The translations under genes were made by a program, and so were the position numbers. From NCBI RefSeq assembly GCF_052425735.1, contig NC_135767.1, positions 21,638,001 through 21,702,000 of the forward strand: 64,000 bases of DNA, in the 5' to 3' direction. Below the pieces are notes generated by a model. The model saw only the letters and a list, made by a program, of their open reading frames with translations, was not told the DNA's origin and searched no databases. The stretch comes from Oculina patagonica (lineage: Eukaryota). Of the stretch, positions 25,559-37,900 are shown in pieces. Numbering within the stretch: the first letter of the stretch is position 1; each line of letters starts with the position of its first letter.

Positions 25559-25954
25559 GAAATCCATGTGAACTTAATGATTACAAAGACCTGAACCAAG
25601 GTGATCGTTCAGAGGGCTACAAAGATGCCACAGACAAGTGCGATTCTGACGACCTTGCAGATGAATGGCATTATTGGTACATAGTAACTGGAAACGCAGG
25701 AAATGCCCTTTCTTCTAACAACGCTCCTCAAAAAGATTCGTGCGGAACAAAGGACCGGCTGTATCTCAAGGATGCACATCCAGAATTCAGTGACGGCGAG
25801 GTCACTAAAAGAGTGTGCGTAGCTCAAGGAAATACGGCATGCGCTAGTGAATTGGATATACAAATAATCAACTGCGGTGCTTTCTACTTGTACAAGCTCG
25901 TTGATCTGAGGGACTGCTCAGGCGATCCATGGCGTTACTGCACTAATGGAGAAG
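25559..25954 (+). CDS. Uromodulin/GP2/OIT3-type D8C domain exon (absent from ORF track)
   Basis: Phase 1-1 exon: [17 protein letters not shown]...CDSDDL...WYIVTGNAG...SCGT...[18 protein letters not shown]...[14 protein letters not shown]...RYCT; 8 Cys; motif pattern matches the UMOD D8C domain. Confidence 0.8.
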
Positions 25955-28900
25955 GTGAGTTATAAAGATAAGTTGCATATAAATAAAAAATGGCTCAACT
26001 GCAAATTAAATGGATACCTGAATAGGAAACCCACATGATAAATTGTGAAATGAAACAATTTAAAATGAGGGGAGAATTGGTTTCATTCGCTGTTAGCAAA
26101 GCCGAACTATCTTGCCGGTTGACAATTCTAATGTCTGACGAGTGGCAACTGTAACGCTCGTACTTATTAGCACAGCATTGCAAAATCACAGATTTTCCAG
26201 CTGTAAAATGTACAATTGTCCTGCTCATTCTTTCGAAATATATCTGATTTTGGCCTCACTGAAGAAAATACTGTCACTTAGCAACAACGAGTGGTATAGT
26301 AGCAACGTACATAATAAAAAAAAAAAAACATAACAGCCGTGAAACGGTATTTGTTTACTGAACTGTTTTCGTTTGTTTTTCGTTTTTGTTTGAACAGAAA
26401 GCATCACTTGTGAAGGCTTTTCCTGTCCTGATGGTCAACTTTGTTCGCTGAGAAACAATGGCAAACAAAAGGAATGCGTTTCTGCTTCAGGTGATTCATG
26501 TTATTGGTGTATTTTGTATTTTGATCCATTTTTTTGTTTTTGTTTTTCAAGGCTCTTTGGTTGGCTGTTGTCATAATTATGATTGACGGCAGCATAAAAC
26601 ACAATCGTTAGATAGATTTTGGATTTCAGAGCTCGCGACTACTAAAAGGCGCAGAAAAACTGTCTGAACAAACCGCGATGACACAAATGCAGAACTACTA
26701 AGGTCTACAGCAAATTGAGGCTTACATTAAGATGAAGTTATACTGCCCTTAAAATCTTAAGAGGGTCCTGCTCTTAGAATCGCCTGTACATATGCAAGAT
26801 AAATAAAATCGATTTTATCAAACTTTGTCAGGATAAAGGCTTTTACTAACTTGTTTCAAAAATGTATCTTTGAGATTGTTTCGATTTTTATTTTTTTCGT
26901 CGAGACGACTCTTCGGATTTGGCCGCTCGAAGCGCCAAATTCGGCTCTGAATTACCACTTTTTTCGAAGGCGAGCATAATAAAATATGATCCGTAGCAGT
27001 AAAGGCTGGTACATAGTATTAAAATATCATCTTTCAACAGTTATTTAACGCTCTCAGATCCGAATAAAATTTAAATCTGAATTTTTATCAAATTTTCAAA
27101 ATTATACGCTTCGGCCATGATGCATCACGCTTAAATTTAAGTCAACTTCGTGAGCCAAAAAGTCAATCTGGTACATAGATTAGGCTGTCAAAACTATTTT
27201 TCTGAATAAAGGTATCACTTCATCTTCGATTTAATCCAAAAACTAGATTAGGTAAATAAAACGGAAAAAATCGAGAGCGGCTTGAAAACATGACACTTGA
27301 GCTAATTACTTGGCGGTTTGACCTTTCATGTTGCGATTGTTATCGTACGCATTGATCTAGAAAAGTTCGACTTTGGGTCTTATCCCCCGTCAAATAGTTT
27401 TTTTAGTCTCCCAAATAGCCGAGAGAATTCATTTATTATGTTTCAGAGTCAAAATCAAGCCTCAAATGAGAATCTTTAGCACAAGTTTATTTTGAATTAC
27501 CTCGCCGTTTGGCGACATCGGACAATGCACGCAACGAAAATATCAGTTTATAAATCACAACCGATAAAAATCTTTCGTAAAACTCGAAGAATGGATAGTA
27601 CACTAATTAAATAACATGTTTTCTTACCTCAATCGAGCTTGTACAAAGCGTTCGTTTGCAAGTTACATATTTTCTTGTCACCCGGATGTGTGACAGCGGT
27701 TCGCTACTTCCTGGTATCAAATTTCCCGATATTGCGGTACACGTGTTTGTGGGAACAAACGATATTGACCTTGGAAAACTGCTGTTGTTGTCTTGTTTTT
27801 AAAATTAACTTCCAACTGTGTTGTGCACACTTTGGGTTGCGAAATACCTAGCTGGAAAACTAGTAGAATTGTGCTTTAATTCACGATCAATGGCTTCATG
27901 TGGTTTTGCCACACTTGTTGGAGGAGCGTGCGGATCCAGCCCGGGAGGGGGGGGGGGGGGGGCACTCCCTATAATGGCCTATACGGGGAGGCTCCGCCCG
28001 AAAGGGGTACCTTTTTCAGGCTTCAGGTATATAAAAGGGTAGGGATTTCACAAGTGTAGGTATATGAAAGGGTAGGGATATCGGTCATTAAGGTTTTTAA
28101 AAGGGCCTTCAATTAAATTATTTCGAACAGACGCACCTTAAGGCTGAATCATTTAAATTTATGAAACGCTGCATAAAAAGGACATCCAGACTTCCTGTTT
28201 CAGGCCTATGCCATGTCTTGTAGGTATATTAAAAGGGTACCTTTTTTCAGTAAAAGGTGTACGAAAGGGGTGTCTTTTCTGTCAAAATTGTCTATAAAAG
28301 GGTAAGGGGTTGGACCTCGGGGCGGACCCTCCCCGTACAAAACGTTTTTGAGTAGCCCCCCCCCCCCCGGGGATCCAGTGCCACTAATCCGGCTAATGTT
28401 AAATGTGGCGTTGTGGGAAGTTGCAAGAAAAGTATCCAAGGCCACCTGGGTACCTACCGTGTTATTGGAGACTCTCTATTAGATTGTGAGGCGAAACTCG
28501 TATTCTCTCGAGCAGGTAAGCAGCTTTATAGTATATGTTTTGTATTTTAAAATAATTGGTCAAATTGTTTGTGTGATCGTTGTCTTTATTTGCGTATTCC
28601 AATTATGAACAGCTTAGTTTTAAAACGAAGATACATTTAATATCGGGCCTTGTCTAGTTAAGGTCGCTATGCACAATCTGATTACAAAATCCCGGTACTG
28701 TGTCACACATTCTGCATGATCGTCACGCAAGAAAAAAAAAACAATCAACCCTGTTCCCAAGGGAGGAAAAAGAGAGAGGCACTGGAAACGAGGCTGGTAA
28801 AAATTCAGAAAATCTTTACGCATTTGGTGTTTTACAGTTGTCTGTACAGTAGCCCGCGAAGAACGGGCCTATGAAGTTTTTGAATGCGCATTTAGAAAAC

Positions 28901-31900
28901 GAGCGTTTTCCAAATGCGCACATCAAAACTACGTAGGTTACATAAAGTACGTTGTCTGGATTGTCACGCTGGTCGTAGCGGGATCTCATTAACACTAAAT
29001 TTCCCGCTTTTTATCTCGTATCCAGAAATGACAGAAGTTTTTTAAAACATCCTGCGAAGCGGGTCTGTTGGGTGGGGGTGTGACTTTGAATGGAAAAAAG
29101 CTGTAGTATATCAAAGTAAGTTGCCTGAATAACTTTCAGTATAGCGAGCAAGGAGTAACTGTCTGGAGAGCGTTTGAAGTCGGACATGGGAGACTAATCG
29201 ATTAAAGCCAAATTGAAGGTACGTATAGCTTGCACGGCGTACCAGTAATTCAAGATTTTTGGTGTTTTATTTTTTTATTCTTGTAATGCCCAAAAGAAAC
29301 GGTTTCTATTTGTTATTAAATTCCGATGGCTAGAGAAGTTATCTAACATATGGTTACGCTGTAATATTCACAACAAGGTGTTTGGGGAACTCTGATAACT
29401 CTGAAAACTTTCAAATTGCTGGCTGAATGACAACATTTTTAATAGCTGATCTAGTTCCTGAGTTTAAACCCATTTATCAGCACTTTTTGCCTGACTCAGT
29501 ACCGGTAAATGATTGATTGATTGTTTTAGCAAGATATAAAGTAATTAACATGCATGCCTTATATCATCTCAGAAACGAGATTTCAGGTCAGTTGGAGAAA
29601 GTAAATTAATATTTAGAGAGTATTTTCTTTAACTGAGAGGCGCAGTGGCCTAATGGTTAGCGCGCTCGCCTCTGAGTCGAACGGCTCGGATTCGAGCCCT
29701 GGCAGGAGTGCTGCGTTGTGCTCTCTCCACAAGGTACATCTCTCCACCCAGGTGTATAAATGGGTAACAGCAAATTTACTGCTGGGGGTAACCCCGCAAC
29801 GGACTAGCATCCCATCCAGGGGGAGTAGCAATACTCCTAGTCGCTTAATGTAACAGAAACCGGGATAAGCTCCGGCTATTTACGGGCCACTTGGCTCGGA
29901 CACAGACTTTACCTTAACCTTATTTTCTATAATGAATCCTGAGTTTGAAAAAGTTTGTCAACATACAACTTTCAACGGCGCTCGCACTTTTTCCATCGTG
30001 ATTATATTAAAAAATCACTGGTTCACTTGACTCAGTTACTCAAATTAGACGCATGTATTCCCACTGTTGTATGGTATCCTTTACGACGATATGTCTGTTT
30101 CTTGCAGTTCCAAATTACTTGCAAAATTGTTCTTTTGTTGGACAATTTTCGTCTGGAGACTTTGTAAGTGTTTCTCAAGAAAAGTCAATTAAAGTGCGGG
30201 AAAATGATGATGAGCAACCAGCAGTCGAGAAAGACGAGTCCTCGTGCGTACTCCTTGAGTGCCCCGGCCCAATGAAGGTTGCGTAAAGATGTATCAGCGA
30301 CACTCAAGTTTAGAAAAACACCTTCTGTTTGGACATTGTAAGATGGTAGCTGAAAAAGAAACACTTTATGACATTGCAATGAAAAAGTACCACGCCCTTT
30401 TAGCTGACGGAACGAGTGAGGCAGTGTCGGCAACCCCTGATCAAGGCCACACCTTTGAAAGTGCAAGCCCGTTACCCGAAGGCTGGACCTTAAAGACAAC
30501 TAAAGAGGCTACTCGTTTCAACGACGCCCAGAAGAAATACGTAGAAGAAAAATTTAACCTTGGGCAAGCAACAGGCCAAAAACAGGATCCCAACGTCGTA
30601 GCACGCGACATGCGATTTACAAGAAAAATGGATGGCACGAAGCGTTTTAAGAGTGATGACTACCTCAAGCGCGCAGCAAATACAGGGGTTTTTCTCAAGA
30701 ATGGCGGCGAAATTGCGTCATGGTCAGCTGGATCTTCTGGAGGAAGGCATCAGAGCAGCAGAAGAAGAGCAGATGATGGACGACACACGGCAAGCTATAC
30801 TTGAACAAGTGCAGTTGCTAACCAATCGTATATGACAACCTTGATATTTGTGCCATGTATAGGGAAAAGCGGCTGAAGCAACTCAGTATTGCAATACTCA
30901 ATACAATGTGCATTTATTTTGACATTTCTACGGAGGGATTTAATTCCAAGCGTAAAGCAGAGTACATTGCTGTTTTAAGTGAGCTTGCCCTCGCTTGTGA
31001 CTGTTGTAAGTGAATGTGAAACTGACTTGTCCCCAGGCCTCTGTGTGTAAGGCGAGAAAAATCTTTTATTGAACGAAGCATGAAACATTTCCAGTACTAA
31101 AAAAGGTTGTGCTTCTGATGTTAATGAAAGTAAGAATAATCAGTTACTGCCTTCAAAAGACAAGACAAAAAAATGCGTGTTTGAAATTACAAGAGGACAA
31201 ACATGCTTCCTTGATTTCAGGATATCTATCATGTTAAATGGAAAAAAATGCATTTACGGAGGTATTTTTCCTACAGTTTGTTAGGTATCTATTTGCCCAA
31301 GATGCGAATTAATTTATTGAAGGCAAAGATAACACAATCGTGTCAGGTGGAAAGAAAAAAGGAAAACTACACTAAAGATGATTATCATTATAAATATTAT
31401 CCTGTGTCGCACCTTTTCAAAATAAAGAACTGAGGACAAGAAAAGTGACCGAAAGCAAAGAGTTTTTTCATTGTTAAAGCAAAATTTCCACTATAACTTG
31501 CTTTATAGCCTTTAAATTTAGCGTTTCCTTTTTTTTGAGTCGTTTTTATTTACACATTGTACAAAACCCGTCCCCCACCTCGCCAGTCTTCAAGGGGTGC
31601 TTGGGTACCCTGTGTCTGTGGTTAATATGTAACTTGAGAACATTCGCCGACAGTTTATGAATTTGTAGAATGGACGCATTTACGTTACCACTTCTCGTCA
31701 AAATAGGCTCGATAAAGGTAGGAAAACGTGTAATTAATTTAGTTTACTATCTATTCTTCGATTTTTAGGGAAGATTTATCTCGGTGGTGATTTATAAACT
31801 GATATTTTCATTGCGTGCATTGTCGGACCTCGCCAAACCGCCAGATGTAATTTGCAGAATTTGTAACTCAAAATAAACGTGCTAAGAATGTTCATTTGAG

Positions 31901-34900
31901 GCTTATTTTTACTATAAAATATAAAAAATAATTTCGCTCGGTTATTTGGGAGACTAAAAATACTATTTGACGGGGAATAAGACCCGAAGTCGAACTTTCT
32001 AGATCAATCTGTGCGATAACAATCGCAACATGAAAGGTCAAAATGTCAAGTAATTAGCTCAAGTGTCAAGTTTTCAAGCCGCTCTCAATTTTTTCCGTTT
32101 TATTCTGCCTCGTCCCCAGTCGCTCGCGATCGTTGGGAGAAATGTTAGTTAATCATTGAGGAAAGCGAGGGCGAAGGGCTAGTTTTTGAATAAATTTGAA
32201 GATGAAGTGATACCTTTATTCAGAAAAATAGTTTTGACAGCCTTATCCATGTACCAGATTGGCTTTTTGGCTCACGAAGTTGACCTAAATTTAAGCGTGA
32301 TGCAACATGGCCGAAGCGTATAATTTTAAAAATTTGATAAAAATTAAGATTTAAATTTTATTCGGATCTAAGAGTGTTAAATAACTGTTGAAAGATGATA
32401 TTTTAATACTATGTACCAGCCTTTGCTGCAACGGATCATATTTTTTTATGCTCGCCTTCGAAAAAAGTGGTAATTTAGAGCCGAATTTGGCGCTTCGAGC
32501 GGCCAAATCCGAAGAGTCGTCTCGACGAAAAAAAAAAATCGAAACAATCTCAGAGATACATTTTTGAAACAAGTTAGTAAAAGCCTTTATCCTGTCAAAG
32601 TTTGAGAAAATCGATTTTATTTATCTTGCATATGTACAGGCGATCCTAAGAGCAGGACCCTCTTAAAATCTACTTCTGCGTTTACATAATACTTAAAAGG
32701 ACTGTGTCACGGCTGAGTAAAGTTTATTTTATTGAGTTTTGCCGAAACTGACTCGCTAAGAAACTGACTTTTTGGAAAGAAAGTACTTCCCTGGATCTAA
32801 ATGACAAAACCATGCATAGCTTCATTGCAACCAAATTTGTCTCCTGGGAATAATAATTTAAAGTTTCAAGCAAACGAGATTATCTTTGATCAATGTTAAG
32901 ATTCTCTTTCAGCCCGAACAACATTTGAAAAACCCATATCGCAATCCATTTCAATCTTCGTCACTTTTGGCCATCCATACCTTCTTTTGTTTTTGCTGTG
33001 TTATTGAAATGTTCCTTCACTGTTTTAAGAAGTTATTGTTATATTTCACCGAATTTGATGGTCATTTCCCATGCTTAAATTTGGCTAAAATCTGTGACAC
33101 AGTCCCTTTAATTTCAACAGTACCCCCATCAGGTGATCCATGTTCGTCTGATCCGTGCCAGAATGGTGGTACGTGTAACGGCGATAACTCTGGAGGCTTT
33201 ACATGTAGTTGTCCTTCTGGGTACACTGGGGATAACTGCAGCACGAGCGCAAGCAGTCAAGGTAAGAGACCCTATACATTGTAAGAACTATGTTCCTTTG
33301 GTACATAGCAATTAAAGTAAAAGCACTGTTTGATGCTAAAGCGTTGCTGTAGATGTACTGACAAAGAATATTCCCCCGCGCAATAAATTGCTCATCATAC
33401 AGCTGATCATAAGCGTACCGTTTCTAAAAATGTTGTTGAATAACAAACGGAAGTGTCACAAAAGTCGTATAATAAATTGATTTATTAATATTGAAAGATT
33501 TGAATCTCTTTCGAATTCGTGGCGAAAAAGGGATTGTGCGGAAGCTCTCTAATAATTGGGCAATTAAGGTGACAAAATAATTTAATTCTCCGTTTAATCG
33601 TCTAAATCGTTTGAAGAAAGCCTGTATCTACATGTGTGTTTACATGCATGATGCTTAATTTTAACAGCGCCCCCAGCTGATCCATGTTCGCCCAATCCGT
33701 GTCAGAATGGTGGTACATGTAACGAAGATAACTCTGGAGGCTTTACATGTAGTTGTCCTTCAGGGTACACTGGGGATAACTGTAGCACAAGCAACCAAGG
33801 TGAGAGTCTTAAAACATTTTAAAACCTGTGTGCGTTCGATACAGAAAATAGTAAAAAAATATTAAAGGAACTATGTCACGGGGATTGCGCAGATTATTGG
33901 TCTAGTAAAACTGTTCTGATATAAGTGGTAGGCAACTTTACCCATGAAAAACATTATCTTTGAACATTTAACTGAAGATATAACCTTTATTTGGGGATAG
34001 AAATCAAACTTCGAATATAAATATCGATTATTTTGAAGGCGCGTAGAAACAACTTGAAAACGTTGGTCAATTTTCGTTTTGTGTACAAGGCCGTCACATT
34101 CTCCCACCAACACGTTCTGCTCCGTGGCACCGCTTTGGCCGCATTCCAACTCTTCCGCCCCGCCTTGTTTCTCCCTTTCATTACAGTCCTTCTTTAAGTG
34201 ATCTTTGGTTTTCCTCTCACCTTTCGACCTTCTGATGCCCACTTAAACGCTGAAAAACAGTCTTTCATACTCTCTTTCCTAAGTACCTGTCCTAACAAGT
34301 TCCACTTTATTTGTCGTACTTCGCAGCTTATGTGATTCATCTCTGCCATCAGTGCCATGTTATTAACTCTTTGTACACCCTCCTGGGGTGTCCAGTCAGG
34401 TAACTGTGTCCCATTACGACACTCAAGTAAGGTGTCGGGAGCGATCGACTACTTTGCCAAAACAACTCTCTTTAGCTGTTAAGATAATGACAAAATGGAT
34501 TTGTTTTTTCTTTTTTTGTCGCATTTCTTGTTGAAAGCTTTAGATCCATGTTCGACTGATCCGTGTCAGAATGGTGGAACATGTAACGACGATAACTCTG
34601 GAGGCTTTACATGTAGTTGCCCTTCAGGGTACACTGGGGATACATGTAGCACGAGCGCAAGCAGTCAAGGTGAGAGACTTAGAACATTATTGAAGCAATG
34701 TAATTTTGACACAAAAAAATAGCACTGCTTGGAGCTAAAGCGGGAAGAGGGTTAAGATTTGTGCTGGGATTTGGATTTAAATATGGATTTGATCTATCGA
34801 TCTGAAAATTACGGTGATTATAGAATAGTGCTTTATTAAACGATATTCTATTTAATAATCCTGCTCCCGTAAAGTACTAGCGTCTGATTGGATTGACGTC

Positions 34901-37900
34901 AGAACGATTAATCCCAAATTGTATCGCTAGTTGAACAATTTAAAAAAATTAATTGTATCGCTAAAATTCGAGGTTAGGAAGTCTTTAGGAACCTTTTTTA
35001 AAAAAAAGTAATTTTGGTAAAAAGGCGCTTCCCCCCCCCAAAGTTTTGCGCCAAAAAACGCGGATACACCACCATCACAACTCGTTCCCAGTCTGTTGTG
35101 GTTTCAGCTTTCTTTCTTTCTTGAGGAATCGTCAAAGATCGATCTAAAAACGATGTACTTTGAAGGCCCTAATCGACAAATTTACTCTCGAACAGAAATG
35201 AGGGAAAAAGTAAACAAGTAGACATTAAGATTTTACGATTTTCTTTTAAAAATAAAGCTCACTTTAATCGACTTTCAAAGCTCAATAAGCGACGCTACGC
35301 CTGAGGGACGCCTAGAACAATTTAAGTCGCATAAACACAAAAATTTTGCTGAATTCGGAAGCTTGTAGACCTTGTATTACGGTAGCATTATTATTTAAAG
35401 GATTTTTTCGAAACAGTAAGGGATTAATTGTATTTGTGACCAGATCGAACTATTTCTAATTTCCACTCGTGACATTTACTAAAAAGTCCGATCTGTTCAC
35501 TCATACAATTAATGCCTAATTGTTTCTCGAAAGCACACGTTTTCCTATACTTATAAAGGCATAAGTCAATTGACCCCCCCCCCCCCCCCGACCTCCGAGA
35601 CATAGCAGGGATTAAATACGTCCAAAGCGGGGATTTAACGCACATTTTAGTGAATGGATGGTAAGGTAAAACGGCGCGTTGACCTCCGGTGGGCGGTGGA
35701 TTAAACAAATTGTCAATAGACCAGGGCCGTAGAACGGTGAGTTAACATCACGCGAACACCTGAAGCGGGGACGACAGCCGGGGATTTAACATGAAGGACT
35801 AATGTTTTCCGTACATATACGTTGAGAGGAAGCTGATTTAAGAGCGCCACTTCTCCCTTGATTAAGTCTTTTGTGACGCCTGGTGGGTGACACGAATAGA
35901 AATTCGTGTATTGAAACGTCTCTGTAGGTTTGTAATGTTTCCGCACGTCAGGAATAGACCCCTTTGTGGAATCTGTCACCCTGTACGCTATGTCCTAGAA
36001 AGTAGTTCCTGTTTCTAATATTGTAGCCGTGAACTTTATCGTAGGGTGAAAGCTGTTTGCCAGTAGAAAGTATTTTGTCTCTGCTTGTGTCCTACGTTGA
36101 AAATTGTCGTCAATAAATCGCTCCCAAAGGATGGGTTTATTGCTACTTTGTCTGAGTAATTCGTTTTCTATTTTGACCATGAAGAAGTTAACAGAAGCTA
36201 CGGTCATTTTCAAGGCCATGGCTCTTCGATGGGTTTGAAGGTAATCTTTTCCGAGTTTTCTTGAAGGATCAGAGTGAGCATTTCTCTTCATAACATGGTA
36301 GGAACGGGAGGGTTTCCTTAATAGAAATTCTTCGTATGTTTTGCATACAGTTCTAAATAACCACTTTTTGTGGTATGTTAGTGTACTGGTGACTTCCATA
36401 AAGACAAGGAACTCTTTCTTAGCAGTTTATTCTTCTCAATAAATTTAATTTTTTTGTGGTTTTTTTTTTTTTGGGTGAATTGTGGTTGAAAAAATAATTT
36501 TGCTTTCCCTTTTGGTTTTTTTTTTTTTTTAAAATTTTTTTTTTAAAAAAAAAAAAATTAAAGAAAAAAAAAAAACAATCCCTAAAAAAAAAAAAAAAAA
36601 AAAAAAAAATAAAAAAATTTCTGAAAGTTGTTTTGAGTTGTTTCTTTCTTTGGTTCGGATGCCTCTGCTATGCAAGGCTTTTAACAGACGTCTTGGCCCC
36701 GCGGAGGGGTAATCAGCCGTCTTTTAACACTTGGTAAACGTTCATTCCTCAACCTCGTCCCGGTTGTAAATTCCTCGCTGACTCCCAGGGGCCGGGGGGC
36801 CGGGGGGCCGGGGACCGGGGTTTCAATTGACTGATGCATCATACTGACTGTGTCACGGATTCTAGCCAAATTTAGGCATTGGAAATGACCATCAAATTCG
36901 TTGAAATATACAAATAACCTCTTAAAAAGTGTAGGAACATTTCAATAACACACCAAATACAAAAGAAGGTACGGATGGCCAAAAGCGACGAAGATTGAAA
37001 CGGATTGCGGTATTTTGGGGCTGAACAGTTTTCAAAGTTAATCTTGTTTGCTTGTAACTTGTAACTATGGTTTTGTCATTTAGATCGATAGAAGTAATTT
37101 CTTTGCAAACATAAAGTTTCATATTTGGCGAAACTGAATAAAATAAACTTAACTCAGCTGTGACACAGTCCCTTTAAATCGTACATTTTCATTTTCCGTT
37201 CCCAGTCCCTCCAGGTTGTCAAGGAGCTCTGGGCGTGGAAAGCGGCCAAATCCCTGACGGAAAAATGGCTGCAAAATCTTCTGAGAATGTTAACCTAACC
37301 GGCCCCAATCGGGGCAGGCTGAACTTACAACAAGAAGGATCCAAATCAGGGGGATGGGTTGCTGGAATCGTCAATACAAATCAATGGTTTGTTGTTCGTT
37401 TTGAGAATGATTTTACCATAGTAACAGCAGTGGCAACACAAGGGAGGCAAGATGAAGAGGAGTGGGTTACTAAATACCACTTACAGTACAGGACATTTCA
37501 GAATTTTGCTCATACCGATTACATTGAACCAGGACAAAACACGACCAAGGTAATTAATTAAAATACGATTAACATAATTAACTTCGCCTTCTCCTTCTTG
37601 ATGTTTTCTCCTAAGCCTGGTTCTCATATAATCACCCCGATCCTTTCTATCGCCTCTGTCACTTCAAAACTTTTTCTTGCGATCGGGGCGATTATATGAT
37701 AACATTACACAGACGATCGCTAACGCCTGCGGCGATTGGGGCGTTCACGTCCGCTTGGATCGCCCCTGTTCTATCCTTTTAGCTTCTCTTTCCCTTCTTC
37801 GCCGTAGAACTGCAATAACTGCATGAGAAGATAGGAGGCCACGAGTTTTGCTCTTTCATTGAAGGCTGCCATTGTGTCTAGGGCTAAAATGTTTTTTTTT

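Larger units (their letters stand above)
27890..31013 (+). pseudogene. Fragmented transposase-like gene of the Sola3-like element
   Basis: N-terminal exon [26 protein letters not shown]...RA|gtaag interrupted by a MITE. C-terminal part with a C2H2-like [20 protein letters not shown], then GWTLK...[30 protein letters not shown]...CDCCK*, with frameshifts. No catalytic core seen. Confidence 0.65.
26761..32662 (+). mobile_element. Sola3-like DNA transposon (defective) in gene B intron
   Basis: About 880-bp TIRs (26761-~27640 and ~31705-32662), termini GAG...CTC, TTAA at both flanks; internal transposase remnants. GAG termini, TTAA target and long TIRs are the described Sola3 hallmarks. Confidence 0.8.

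Noticed and set aside
29634-29705. tRNA gene (also 16950-17020 and 59055-59125 on minus)
   Set aside because: A/B boxes are present but embedded in repeat bodies without a complete cloverleaf; treated as SINE or retro-repeat parts.
36440-36640. Poly-T/poly-A block (similar at 39530-39620)
   Set aside because: Homopolymer-rich and looks like low-quality consensus; no interpretable structure.
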